Numbered from the whole stretch's first letter, positions 34,813 to 46,885 are shown. The stretch: DNA of 61,593 nucleotides, filler included, from 8 parts of 8 records of this genome joined end to end with filler, not necessarily neighbours in it; one strand, 5' to 3'. Made by a program: numbers and translations. The notes: generated by a model not told the origin, from the letters alone.

Positions 34813-35604
34813 ATGCCCATGCAGACCAATCAAAACGCATTCATCCAAAATCTGAGGACCAGCCTGGGCAAAGGCTCCGACGATATTGAGGCCCGCAAGG
34901 CCGCCATTTTTACCCGGAACAGAAAAGACCTGCCCCAAAGCCAGGCCGCCCTTTTGGACACCGTCAAGGCCAGGGGCCGGGATGAGCAGCTCAAACTGCT
35001 GGACCGCCTCATTGAAGAGGGAAAACCCCTGAACCTCAAGGTTGTCCCCGTAAAAGACAATGCCGAGGCCTCGGCTGCCATTGCCAAGCTTGTGGCCGGG
35101 AGCTGCCCGGAATGGGGGGATGAAAAAAGTCTTGTACAATGGGACCACCCTTTGATGCGGGCGCTGGACCTGGAAGAGGCGCTCAAGGATCAAAATGTTC
35201 CTGTCTCTACTGCAGCCTATACCGGTACAGAAATCCATGACAGGGACAAGGCAGATAAACGGGCCGACATCCGGAAAAAAGTCATTGATGCCTATATCGG
35301 GGTGACCTCGGCAGACTATTGCCTGGCAGACACGGCCACCCTGGTCATGAAATCCAGGCCGGGAGAGGCAAGATCTGTCTCCCTGCTGCCCTCCATCCAC
35401 GTGGGGGTCATCCGCCTGGAACAGATCCTCTTTGACCTGAAAGAACTATACGCCCTGCTCAAATGGGACCCGGACAAAACAGAGGACCTTCCCCATCATA
35501 TGGTCTTTGTCTCAGGCCCCAGTAAAACGGCAGATATTGAGCTGGTAATGGTCCACGGCGCCCACGGCCCCCGGGCACTGACCCTGTATGTCATCACCGG
35601 CTAA
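34813..35604 (+). CDS. lutC: Lactate utilization protein C (LUD domain)
   Basis: LADTATLV, RSVSLLPSIH, SGPSKTADIELVMVHGAHGP. Confidence 0.92.
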   Translation: MPMQTNQNAFIQNLRTSLGKGSDDIEARKAAIFTRNRKDLPQSQAALLDTVKARGRDEQLKLLDRLIEEGKPLNLKVVPVKDNAEASAAIAKLVAGSCPEWGDEKSLVQWDHPLMRALDLEEALKDQNVPVSTAAYTGTEIHDRDKADKRADIRKKVIDAYIGVTSADYCLADTATLVMKSRPGEARSVSLLPSIHVGVIRLEQILFDLKELYALLKWDPDKTEDLPHHMVFVSGPSKTADIELVMVHGAHGPRALTLYVITG

Positions 35605-35644
35605 GGGCCGGGGCAACTGCTTTTTCCATAGCGCTTGAATTCAA

Positions 35645-35674
35645 GGCCCGGGTATTTACCCGGGCCATTTTTTT
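35645..35674 (+). terminator. Intrinsic terminator after lutC
   Basis: GGCCCGGGTA-TT-TACCCGGGCC followed by A and T7. Confidence 0.8.
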
Positions 35675-35695
35675 AATGTCCCTTCATATTTGGAC

Positions 35696-35724
35696 TTGAT
35701 TCTTAATGGTTTAACCATTAAACT
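35696..35724 (+). promoter_or_regulatory. Sigma70-like promoter with a palindromic operator in its spacer
   Basis: TTGATT-N17-TAAACT; TTAATGGTT-T-AACCATTAA at 35703-35721. Confidence 0.6.
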
Positions 35725-35766
35725 TCTGCTTAGACCTATTGATTCAATGCACTAAAGGAAGAATCC

Positions 35767-36676
35767 ATGATACACAAATTAATCAGCAATATCTTACCCC
35801 ATATGCCCCAGCCCCTGATCTGGCAATTTTCAAAGGGCTATATTGCAGGAGAAACCACCCAGACTGCTGTTGACGCTGCCCTGGAGCTAAATCGGAACAC
35901 CACCCTGGTCACCCTGGACATCCTGGGCGAATTCATTGAAACCATGGACCAGGCCAGGGCCAACCGGGACGAGTACATCACCCTGATCAAAACCGTGGAA
36001 GCCACCGAGGTTCAGGGCAACTACTCCATCAAGCCCACCATGTTCGGTCTGCTGATAGACAAGGAGACCTGCTATGAATACATGAGGGAAATTGTGGCAA
36101 CGGCCGCCTCCTTTGGCAACTTTATCCGCATTGACATGGAAAATTCCCCCACCACAGACGACACCATTGAGATTTTCCGACGGATCAAGGCTGAATTTCC
36201 GGACAACGTGGGCCTGGTGCTCCAGGCCTATCTGAAGCGGACCAAATCAGATATCCAGGCCATGCTGGATTTAAAACAGGGGGGCGGATCTGAACTTCAG
36301 GCTCTGCAAAGGCATCTATGTGGAACCGGCCGCCATTGCCTACAAGGCCTATGAGGAGATCAACGCCCACTATCTTGAAGATTTGGAGTTCATGTTCCAG
36401 AACGATATCTATCCCGGCATCGCCACCCATGACAAGCCCCTGATCCAGGGTGCCTTGGAACTGATCAAAAAGTACAATGTGCCCAAGGACCGCTACGAAT
36501 TCCAGATGCTCTACGGCGTCACCCCAAAACAGCGTCAGAGCCTGGTTGACCAAGGTCACAAGGTCAGGGTTTATGTCCCCTTTGGCGCCCATTGGTTCGG
36601 CTATTCCACCCGGCGGCTCAAAGAAAACCCGGCCATGGTAAGCCATATCGTCAAGGCATTGTTCTTTAAGGGCTAA
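35767..36676 (+). CDS. Monofunctional proline dehydrogenase, frameshifted near 36280
   Basis: YIAGET, DILGE, RIDMEN, VLQAYLKRT, RLCKGIY, IATHD, EFQMLYG, RVYVPFG..WFGYSTRRLKENP. Confidence 0.9.
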
Positions 36677-36771
36677 ATAGCGTCCAGGCGCGATCCAAGA
36701 CAAAAAAGAAGACGGGGCTTAGTAATGGACAGGGCTTGTTTTGGATTCTGATTTGAGATAAGACAGGGCCC

Positions 36772-37359
36772 ATGGTAACCAAACCCACAACAATCATCCC
36801 CAAAGACAAGGCGGTCTTTTGGATGGACGGCAGAGGGGTCTGGCATAATGAACACGGCCCCTTTGAGCATCCAAAGATCATCCAATATTTTAACCGGTCC
36901 ATCCAGTGGGACGATCAGGGGTTTTTCCTCTGCCAGGAAATGGACCTTACCTATGAAAAGGTCTATTTCCCCTACGAGGAGACAGCCCTGTTCGTGGTTG
37001 ATGTCAATGCCAAGCCCCCCGAGCACCTGCGCCTGAACACCGGAGAAAAAATGCGCCTGGATCCCGCCAGTCTTTTTATCCGGGATGACAGCCTCTTTAT
37101 TCGCAGGCCGGACCACCTGGTCAAATTCAGCCCCCGGGCCTTGCTCAAGCTGTCAAAGCAGATCAGCCAAGAGGATGGTAATCTGGTGCTTACCCTGGCA
37201 TCGGGACGCTGCCACCCCATCCCGGAAACATGTCTAGGGTTCAGGCTGTTTCCCGCTCCAGGATACCGGTCATGCAGCCCATGGCCCCGTTGGCCTTTCT
37301 CAACTCATCCACAGACACTGGAATGCACTCAATGCCCAGGATTTCGTAGGCCGCCATAG
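36772..37359 (+). CDS. DUF1285-like hypothetical protein (true stop probably near 37240)
   Basis: VFWMDGRGVWHNEHGPFEHPKIIQYFN...EKVYFPYEETALFVVDV. The tail overlaps the convergent gene. Confidence 0.6.
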   Translation: MVTKPTTIIPKDKAVFWMDGRGVWHNEHGPFEHPKIIQYFNRSIQWDDQGFFLCQEMDLTYEKVYFPYEETALFVVDVNAKPPEHLRLNTGEKMRLDPASLFIRDDSLFIRRPDHLVKFSPRALLKLSKQISQEDGNLVLTLASGRCHPIPETCLGFRLFPAPGYRSCSPWPRWPFSTHPQTLECTQCPGFRRPP

Positions 37360-38224
37360 TTTTGGGGCTGCCGGCGGGCAGCATGATCTTTTTAGGCCCC
37401 AGGACCACAAAATTAAAGGCCATGTTCCCCATGGCCTCGGCCTGATCTGCCAAGGGCAAAACCTTCACCCCGCGGCCCTCCAAAAGGGAGACCAGGCCGT
37501 GGGGGGTCCGTCTGGGCCAGACAAAGGCAAGGTCCTGAGCCACCCGCCGCATCATCCCCATAAAGTGCATGCAGCCCCAGGGCAGGTCAAAGGCGTGGAC
37601 CTCAACCCCCATACTTTCCAGCACCTGGGTGATCTGATCTATGGCAACCTGGTTGGTCCGCAGCCCCCGGCCCACCACCGCCGTGTTTTCATCTACCCAC
37701 ATGAGATCTGCCCCCTCGAACAGGGCATGGCCGGTAAGCGTCCGGACCACGGGGATTGCTAAGGCCCCAAGGGTTCGGGCCACCCTGATCTCCTCCCCGG
37801 CTCTTACCGTTGAGGCCGGCCGGGCCAGTATGGCCCCCTCCGGGGTCATGGCAAAAAGATCGGCACAATAAAGCTGGTTGGGGGTGGCACCGCCCCCGGC
37901 ATCCAGATAATGGACCCTTACCCCGTGGCTGCGGTAGGTTGCCACCATCCGGTCATGCTCCTCTCCGGCCCTTTCAAGGTCCAGATTTTCTGCAAATTGA
38001 AAGGCGTTGATCTCCTCTGCCGGAATATCCGCCTCTTTTCCCGGTCGGTGGACCAGGACCTGTTTTAAGGGGCGCCACTCACTGTCAATGCCGCAGGCGG
38101 ACCAGAGGCTGCCGATCTCCTGTCTGTGGGACCGGACTCGCGGGGACCAGCCGTCCCCGCCGTATGCGGCCGTGCCAAAGGAATCAGACAGGGATCTTGC
38201 GCCCTCTTTATTTTCAAGGGTCAT
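37241..38224 (-). CDS. Amidinotransferase/DDAH/arginine deiminase superfamily enzyme
   Basis: DSEWRPLKQVLVHRPG, ARPASTVRAGEE, FEGAD, GRGLRTN, C-terminal GAMGCMT with the catalytic Cys. Confidence 0.85.
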   Translation of the reverse strand: MTLENKEGARSLSDSFGTAAYGGDGWSPRVRSHRQEIGSLWSACGIDSEWRPLKQVLVHRPGKEADIPAEEINAFQFAENLDLERAGEEHDRMVATYRSHGVRVHYLDAGGGATPNQLYCADLFAMTPEGAILARPASTVRAGEEIRVARTLGALAIPVVRTLTGHALFEGADLMWVDENTAVVGRGLRTNQVAIDQITQVLESMGVEVHAFDLPWGCMHFMGMMRRVAQDLAFVWPRRTPHGLVSLLEGRGVKVLPLADQAEAMGNMAFNFVVLGPKKIMLPAGSPKTMAAYEILGIECIPVSVDELRKANGAMGCMTGILERETA

Positions 38225-38366
38225 TCTTACATCCTTACATTTTTAAAAAAATTAAATAGTCCCCAACCCAGGGGGAAGATTCCGATCTTTTACCACAAAC
38301 CCGGCACCAGGGGAAAAGGAATTCACCGGTATTGACATCCGAGGATAAGACCAGATATTGGAAGGA

Positions 38367-39124
38367 ATGATGTTTTTATACCGCCATACCATACACAGTT
38401 TTCTGATCCTGAGATATTTTTTCCACCGCCTCAGCCAAACCGGCGGATTTGGTCCAGGACCGGCCGTGCCCTTTGAGCCCGGTCCCGGGGAAACCTCAGG
38501 CCCCTCCCTCAGGGCGGCCCTGTTCCGGCACCACGTCAAGCAATTCCACGAATCCTCCTGCTCCGTTGCCTCGGTGGCCTCGGTAATCAATGCCCTGCTG
38601 GAACGCTGCCATCCCTCCCAGGCGGGTCTTGTCACCCAAAAGGGACTTCTTGACACCGTCTCAGAGGCCCATTGGAAAGCGCGCATGACCCCGGGCGGCC
38701 ACCGGGGAAAACGGGGCCTGCCCCTGGATGTCCTCGGCAGGGTAACCCGGGCCAGCCTGGCAGCATACGGCATTAAGGCCAGGGTTCAAGTCGTCCATGC
38801 CCCTGGGGGCCGGCAGGCCAGGCAGGCAAAAAAAGACCTTGTCACCCACCTGGTAAACTTCCAGGGCCGGGACAAGAGCCTCATCATCGCTCATTTTGAC
38901 CAGGGCAGCTTCATCAGGGAGCTCAACATCCCCCATATCTCCCCGGTGGGAGGATTTGATCTGTCTTCGGAAACACTCATTGTTCTGGATGTGGACCCCT
39001 CCCAGCCCAGGCCCTATAAACTGCCCTTGAAGCGGTTTTACAAGGGAATCTCCACCCGGTACGGCGGGTTCTTCCGGCCCTTTGGCTATGGCAGGGGGGC
39101 TATATTCTCATAACCCTTGCCTAA
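38367..39124 (+). CDS. Phytochelatin synthase-like (papain-fold) protein
   Basis: KQFHESSCSVASV..VINAL (Gln/Cys), HISPVGGFD (His), VLDVD (Asp). A likely frameshift in the G run near 39095 would move the stop from 39113 to 39124. Confidence 0.75.
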
Positions 39125-39144
39125 CTTTATCTTTCTATCCTTGA

Positions 39145-39163
39145 ATAAATAATAATCATTCTT
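39145..39163 (+). promoter_or_regulatory. Fur-family box-like sequence upstream of sod
   Basis: ATAAATAATAATCATTCTT matches GATAATGATAATCATTATC at 13 of 19 positions. Confidence 0.4.
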
Positions 39164-39256
39164 AATTTGTATGCCTGAGCACAGGACAATCCGTCCTGTT
39201 CATCGACCATAAAAGGGCCATTAAAAACCGCCCTTTCCTATATTCAAGGAGGACAC

Positions 39257-39858
39257 ATGTCACATACTATTCCATCCCTCGGGTATGACTACGATGCACT
39301 TGAACCCTATATTGACGCAAAAACCATGGAAATCCACCATGCCAAACACCACCAGACCTATGTGGACAAGCTCAACGCCGCCTTAAAAGGCCATGACGAC
39401 CTGGCCGCCCTCGGGGTGAACGCCCTGATCTCCGATCTGTCCCGGGTGCCTGAAGATATCCGGCCCGCCGTAAGAAATCACGGCGGGGGCCATGCCAATC
39501 ACAGTTTTTTCTGGCCCTCTCTGAAAAAGGGGTGGCCCTGGAGGGCAATGTCAAGGAACTCATTGACCGGGACTTTGGCAGTGTTGATAATTTTAAGCAG
39601 GAATTTTCCACCAAGGCTGCCCTGCTATTTGGCTCGGGCTGGGCCTGGCTCACCTATGACCAGGGCAAATTGTCCGTGGTTACCACCCCCAACCAGGACA
39701 GCCCTTTAAGCCAGGGCCTGACCCCAATTCTTGGCATTGATGTCTGGGAGCACGCCTATTATCTTAAATACCAGAACCGGCGGCCGGATTATGTTTCCGC
39801 CTTTTTTGAGGTCATCAACTGGGAGCAGGTCAATAAAAACCTGGCCCAAGCCGGCTGA
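39257..39858 (+). CDS. sodA: Fe/Mn superoxide dismutase (Mn-type signature), frameshifted near 39525
   Basis: [51 protein letters not shown]. Confidence 0.92.
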
Positions 39859-39873
39859 TCTGACGATTCCCTG

Positions 39874-39910
39874 GCCGCTGGAAAGCCAGAGGCTTTCCAG
39901 CGGCATTTTC
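39874..39910 (+). terminator. Terminator hairpin after sod
   Basis: GCCGCTGGAAAGCC-AGA-GGCTTTCCAGCGGC followed by ATTTT. Confidence 0.7.
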
Positions 39911-39928
39911 CCAGGGTATTTTTTTCCC

Positions 39929-40028
39929 NNNNNNNNNNNNNNNNNNNNNNNNNNNNNNNNNNNNNNNNNNNNTTAATTAATTAANNNNNNNNNNNNNNNN
40001 NNNNNNNNNNNNNNNNNNNNNNNNNNNN
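39929..40028. other. Artificial contig spacer
   Basis: N44-TTAATTAATTAA-N44. Confidence 0.98.
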
Positions 40029-43000
40029 CCGAACCGTTGGAATCCCACGAACGTTTCTCCGTCCGTAATTCCAAAGATAGGGGCCTGCTCGTCCACCAGA
40101 CCCTCCTTCAACTTGTTATCCATGGCCTCAACTGTGACAACAACACGATAATCACTGTTCTCAATCTCCAAGGTTTCGGCGGGTACGAGAGGAAGCTGGA
40201 ACAGTTTGTCATTGAGATCCACACCCGTGCCGAATTCCAGATAGCTCTTGTCCGTGCCCATCGTTTTCGCACGTGGATTGTTCACAATTTCCTCGGCATG
40301 GTCCTTGATGTACGACGGGGTGAATGTTTGATGGTAGATTCCGTCCTCGTAGACGGTAACCTCCAACTGGTAGATGCCGTATGCTTCGTTTCGTTCCGTC
40401 GCGGCCACTACCAAGTTCAGATTGCTCATCCTGTCAAGCACAACCGACGACTCCATCGATGCCGGATCGTTCGCAGGATCCACAGACGCCACAACAAAGG
40501 TTGCTCCACGTCGCATATTGATTGTCACGTCTGTCCACACGTGTGTCGTGGAGGTGTCCGACCCTGCAGAGAATCCGCGCTTCGTCAGGGTGTTCAGTTT
40601 CGCTCCATCGGACAGATCAACAGCCTCAACACCGTATCCAAGGCTCTTGAGTGTTTGAGATCCACGTTGGAATCCTACAAAGTGCTGGCCATCCGAAACA
40701 CCGAGAACGGGACTGACGAAGGGAGCCGTCCGTCCCGAAAAGTCCGGATAATCCTTGGATAAGGCAGCCCGAATGCGGATCGTGTAGTTGGAGTGCTGTA
40801 TCTTCACGTCCCTTGGAAGGAGAGGAACCTCAAACAACTTCTCGACATCTTCCGCACTCGATCCACCAGCCGGGAAGATAATCTCTCCAAAGCTCAGTCG
40901 TGATCCGCTTCGGAAGAGGGTAGCATGCGACTGAAGCCATGGTCCTGTCATCAAGCGATGATAGGCGATCCCGTCCTGGGCGTGGCACTCTACGGGGACA
41001 GGAGTACCGGCGACATCTTCTCCGTTCAGCTTGACACTCGCTTCGTAGAGACCCATTTTCGGAAGCAGGAATGTGCCCGTATATGTGCCATCCTTGTGAT
41101 CCACGGGTGTGGCGACAACTTCCACAGCCCCCGTGACGACAACAGACAAGGCATCCCCCCAACACCGCGGGCATTGCCATACCGATCCCTGGCTTGAACA
41201 CTTAGTGACTTGGTCTCCAGAGCCACGGTAGAGAGCTTTGTCGCGTTCGGGGCAAGAAGGATCAGAGACGTCGCCGAATCCGTGGGACCGGGATGAACAG
41301 TCACCGGGAACGGACTTGCCGCTACGTGAACCCCGTCAAGCAGAACCACGAGTTCATAGGCACCGGCGACGGTGCTCGATACCATTCCTTGGAATTTGCC
41401 TGGTTCCGCGAGAGGTTGAAGGGAAATTGGTGTGGCAGACGCATTGTCTGCTCCCTTAAGCCGCAAGGCCGCCGTGTAGACTGCACGAGGACCACTGCTT
41501 AACACAGTATTCCCCCACGCATCCAACGACGTGACCGTGAAGGCTTCCGGTTTGCCAGCCTCTACACTGTGAACAGCACTGACAGTGGACGCCGAAGCGG
41601 AGGCAGGACCATGGGTGACATTGATTGCCGCACCACTGCCCTGAATGTCTTGGGAGTCCACGGACACGAACAACTTGTAGCTGCCCACAATCGTTGGCGC
41701 AAACTTGATGGTGTACAGACCCTTGCCCTTGTCCAGGGAGACGGCCTCGTAGTTTGTGGGACCCTCCGTTGTCAGGGTGAAGTGGTCCCCACCACGTGTA
41801 CGTTGCTTGGCCACATTCTTACCAATGGCAATGATGTGCAAAAGCACTTCAGTACCGGCAACCATGGTCTTCACGTCATCTTGCACAGTGAACAGGGATC
41901 GGGATGCATCGGTCACGTCCGCCTTGACGGTAACAGCAAACGGACTTCCCTGAATGGGACTTCCATCCAGGGTAACCGAGACATTAGCCTTCCCGGGCCC
42001 GGGGAGGGTGTACGTCGCATTGTAGGATCCGTCTTCATTATCAAGAACCTTGGCAGAGTAGGTGCTCGATCCCATGGTGACAGTGACGACAAACCTGTCG
42101 CCTCCACCCTGACGAGGAAGATCGCTCGAATTGCGACCGTGAATGACAAACAGAGCCTCCTCGCCCTCGAAGAACTCGGTGAGTCCCATACCGGTGGCAA
42201 CGGTATACTCCGCGACGGCGAAGTCCGGAATCACTCGAATGTCAAGGACGTATCCACCCAACACCTTTCCGTCAAGCTTGATGGAGAGGGTCCAGTTCCC
42301 TACAATCGCCAAGCCCTCTGTGGGAGCAACTTCCAGTTTCCCGCTCTCAAGCTGGGTGACACGACCCGGAATCTTCATTCCCGGTGGACCATCCAGAGCA
42401 TACATCACGTCAAAGAGTCCGCCACTTGCTACATTGCCAAACTTGTCCAGAGCGTTGAGACGGACGCGTGCCTCGAATCCGCGCACCACCTCACCAATGT
42501 AGTGGGCGGCGGGGTTGGCCAAATCATCTGTCACAATGCTTGTGTGGTCAAAGTCCGCGGGACCGCCCACAGCATTCACAAGGAAGCCGCTGTTCTGGAT
42601 GGGTGTTCCTTCCAGCGTCACAGTCACAGTATACGCCCCAGCCTTGGTGATCGTGTAGGCCACAGTGTACGTTCCGTCCTCGTTGTCTGCCACAATGGCA
42701 TCGTTGATCTCTTCCGGACCATCAACAAGAATGACAAACTTGTCACCCCCACGCAAGCGACGGAGACCGTCACGGTTCTTCGTCTCAATAATGAACACGG
42801 AATTCTCCCCAGCGACTGCGTGATGCAGGGTGGCGCCTTGTGCTACACTCTGAGTTGCGTCCGTGAGTTCTGGTTTCACGTGGATCACCAAATGACGCCG
42901 AATCAGTGCGCTGTACCCCTTGTACTCGACACGTACATCCACATCCCCTGCATAGTTGCACACGTACGAAACTTCGAACCGAGAAGCGACATCAGGCCCG

Positions 43001-46000
43001 CTGATATTCGTTTGACACAACTGATTGCCGTCAATCCCGGTAATCCGGACTAACCAGTCCTCCGCGCGGACATCCTTAGTAACAACGTTATCATACTTGT
43101 CGCGTGGTGTGAGGAACAAGAAGCCAGGGCGATCGCGTGTCGCGTTTCCTTCAACCTCTACAAGCGTATGTTGAGCCTCAGGGAGAGTGGGTGCGATTTT
43201 CACAGTCCACGGCGATCCAGTCACCGGTTTCCCCTCCAGGGAAATGTGTACCGAGTAGAAACCGGAAAGGGTGGGAGCAAACTCGGCACGATAGGTACCG
43301 TCGCCAAGATCCTTGATGGTAACATTGGGGAAGATGGGATCGTCATCGACAAGTTGAAGCAGGGACAGCTGCTGTGCGGAAGACGGATCTTCCGCAAGAG
43401 GTCCGTGTACAACAACAGTGAAGGGATCCCCGCCCACAATCTTCTCATTTCCAAACTCATCCCGAGCCCCGAGCTGGAACGCAACGGACTTGCCAGCAAC
43501 GGATACAGCACCCTCGGGGGAGGTCGCGACGGGAGGTTCTACGGTTGACATGGTCTCAGTAGCCTCGGCAGCATCCACCACAACCGTGAATGGACTCTGT
43601 TTGATCGGATCTTCGCGAAGTGTTATCTCCATGCGATACTCCCCTGCCTTGGTACACATGTACTCGGCCGTGTACGAACCATTACGGTGATCAATGAGAT
43701 TGGCCACAACGCGTGGCAAGTTCGTTCCCGTGAGAGTAACCTTCCACGGATCTCCGCCACGCAAACGACGCTCCGCTGTAATGTTGCGGGAGAAAATGTC
43801 GACAAGTTGTTTCTCGCCGGCAATAATGTGTGTGGACACTGTTGCCAGACTCTTGGAGGGAACCGTGACGTCGGGGCTGACAAATACATCAAACGGACTG
43901 CCCTTAAGGGCGACGCCGCGCAAGAAGATGTGCAATTCGTATTTCCCGAGCTTCTCGGCCACGTAGGAGCCCTGATAGATCCCATCCCCCAGGTACGTAA
44001 CGGGACCCTTCACACTTGTGTCGCCTTGAACGAGATTGAACACGAAGCCGCTCTTCCCCACACGAACAACGTTGTTGAAACGATCTCGACTCTCAATCCG
44101 GAAGTAGGCGGGGAAGTCTTGGGTCGCCTTGGAAAGTCCGCTTCCGAACGCCAAGCTGTTCTGGGCTGCCGTCTCGGCACCAAAGACGGTGACGGTAAAC
44201 GGACTGCCAGCAATGGACACACCGTTCCGAGTGATGGCAAGACGATGGAGACCGGCTGTTGTAGCATTATAGAAACCCGCGTAGTAGCCTGTGTCTTTGT
44301 CCGCGAGAGCAATCTTCGTATGAACGTTATGCGGATCTGTCAGGACGACATCCCACACAACACCACCCGTTGTGATGTTGTTCTGCCATTTGTCGCGTGC
44401 CAACACCGAGAACGACCCAGCATACCCGGCCACACTGTGCGTCAAACCCCCTCCCAAACCGATGGTATCGGGAACACTTAGAGGGCCGGGTTTCACCGTC
44501 ACCACCACAGGACTGTTGGGAACCTCCAAGCCTTGGTCCATGACTTCAAAGGAGTGTTCGGTTGCGTGGGTTGCCAGGAATGCAAGCTGAACGCGATGAT
44601 CGGGAAGGATTGATTTCGTCACGTTAATCACGTCTCCCGTGTCCAGACGTGTCACCATCCCCTCAAACGCTGTCACAGGAACGGGACGCGGGTTATCGAA
44701 GCGATCCCGTGCCAGAACTGTCAAGCGCATGGTATTCCCTGCTGTAACCGTCCTGTGTCCCTCGCCCTCCACCACACAGTGGGCACGATCCAGGGCAGCA
44801 GGGTCCACACGAACCGTAAACTCGCCATCCCGGATCACATGACCATGAATGCGTACAGTGGCTGTGTATGTTCCCGCCTTAAGGGCAACCCACGTCAGGG
44901 TGTACTGTCCGTTCTCGTGATCGGTGGTATGTGCATCAATCGTAGACAGCCCCGTCAGAGTGAGAGTCACATCGTCCCGTCCACGAATACGATTGTCTCC
45001 GGTGGCGTTCACTGCCTGCACAACAAACGTCTGTTGTTCCCCAGCCACCACAATGCGCGCCTTGCTGAGGAGAACACTCTGCGCGGGGTCGGTTACATCG
45101 GGACGGACGTGCATGGACACCGGCATCCCGTGGATCGGATCACCCAACATGTCACAGACAACTGAGTGGTCCCCTGTCTTATCCATCACAAAGCTAACGT
45201 CGTACGTGGCCACAGAGGTTCCATTCTCAACCTGTGTCGTCACATTACTCCCACGTTTGGTGATCAAACACTCCAACTGCTCGGCGGGATCCTCCACGGG
45301 TGACGGATTGCCCAGTGCATCGTGGGTGTGGACCTGAAAGACGGAAAAGTGATCTTGCACCACATCTGTGAGACGTGGACCCGAGGCCGTGGTCGTGTTC
45401 GCAACAGGTGGTCCGGGTCGCACAACCATCGCATACGGGCTGCCACGGATAGGCTTGCCATGATGCATCACGGAGATGGAATGCCGACCCGACTTGATGG
45501 GGACGTAGTGAACCGTGTATACACCATTATCGTGATCGACCACATCCACCGGAACTCGAGCCATTGGATCACGCGCCGGAACAATGTCCACCTCCCATTC
45601 TTGCCGACCCCGTTGCTGTGGATGCCCCAGAACATCGAGAGCGAAGATATCGAATGTGGCGTTCTGTCCGGCTTCGGTTCCGTTTTGCCAATCTGTGGCA
45701 GCAAACGAGGTCGAGGGGTTGAGGACTGCATTGGCGTGGATAAACGAGACTTGAATGGAGTACTCGCGAATATCTGCATTCATGATGGAGAAGATGACCT
45801 TGTCCCCCACAGACACACTTGTCTCGGGCGTACTCCAACGAACAAGTCCACTTCCCCCACGAGTAAATTTGATCATACCAGGTGTGGTCTCGTAACGCCA
45901 TCCAACAATGTCCCCTTGTTGTGCAAGGATCCTTTGATCTTCCGGTACATCAAAGCTCTCCAGGGCAACGTGCGATTCGAATTCATTTTCCCCCACAAGC

Positions 46001-46885
46001 AGGAACTCGTGAGGATTCACTTGCCGCCATACTTGAAACTTGATAACACCCTTGTGTTCACCATACTTCAACCAAGACTTGACAACGCCCGGTGAATCAA
46101 ACGCAAGATGAGCATCGAGGAAGGAGACGTGTGTCATGGTCCGTGTGTCCTCTGATGCACGATCACCTAACACATGACCCAGTTTTCCAATGGAGTTCTC
46201 TGTGTCACCCTTCACCTTGAGATGAGGGAAGAACCGGTAGTGGGCCATGAGGGAGTAAACGCGTCCAGACAATCGACGATCAAACAAGAGTGTCTCTCGT
46301 GGCCGGACGTCATCAACCTCGTCTGTGATGCGTACGTCGGCCAAGGTGGAGCCCTCTGTGTCCCAAACGATATGGGGGACGTCTTCCCCGTCCACGGAAA
46401 CTCCAAACCTCCATCCAATGACATCACCCGCACGAAAGGAGACTTGTTCGTCAATAGGTACGTCCACCACGTTAAAGCCCTTCTTGTGGACCGACACCTC
46501 GTTCTCGCCAATCAAGGTGTAGTCATCAAGGTTGTCCGACCACGCACGCCGCCAGATTTGAAGACGGAGATACCCCTGCCCGGTGCTGAAGAAGGACCAC
46601 TTCTCCACCACACCGTCCATCCCAAAGCGCATGGTGGAGTCGAGGAAGTTCACACCTACAGGACTGTCCACACTCTCTCGTGCTATCACAGGGTGTCCCT
46701 TCGTTCCCTCCTGGGGGTGAGGGTCAAGTTCTGTCTCGAGAGCAGCGAGAAGCCCATCCTGGAGGTACGTGTGTCAGGAAGCGGAGAGGGAAGGGGGATA
46801 GTCATCTTTAGCGTACCAATTCATCATCATCGTTATCGTTGGGTAGCTGCAGCCTTGTGTCATCTACTTCGTCCAGGACTTCTTG
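40029..46885 (-). CDS. Giant filamin/ABP280 (Ig-like) repeat protein, open at both ends, one intron, frameshift near 41157; probably eukaryotic
   Basis: About 15 repeats of the type G.GL..AG..F.I..RD..GN.R..GGD...D..DG.Y...Y...G.Y...V...G..I.GSPF.V.V. Adding one G at the run 41155-41160 joins the two ORFs (GVGGDALSVVV). Confidence 0.85.
46759..46816 (-). other. 58-nt phase-0 spliceosomal intron
   Basis: GTACGC donor, pyrimidine tract, CTGAC branch site, CAG acceptor. Splicing joins ...NDDDEL|DGLLAALE... in frame and removes stops in both flanking frames. Confidence 0.75.
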
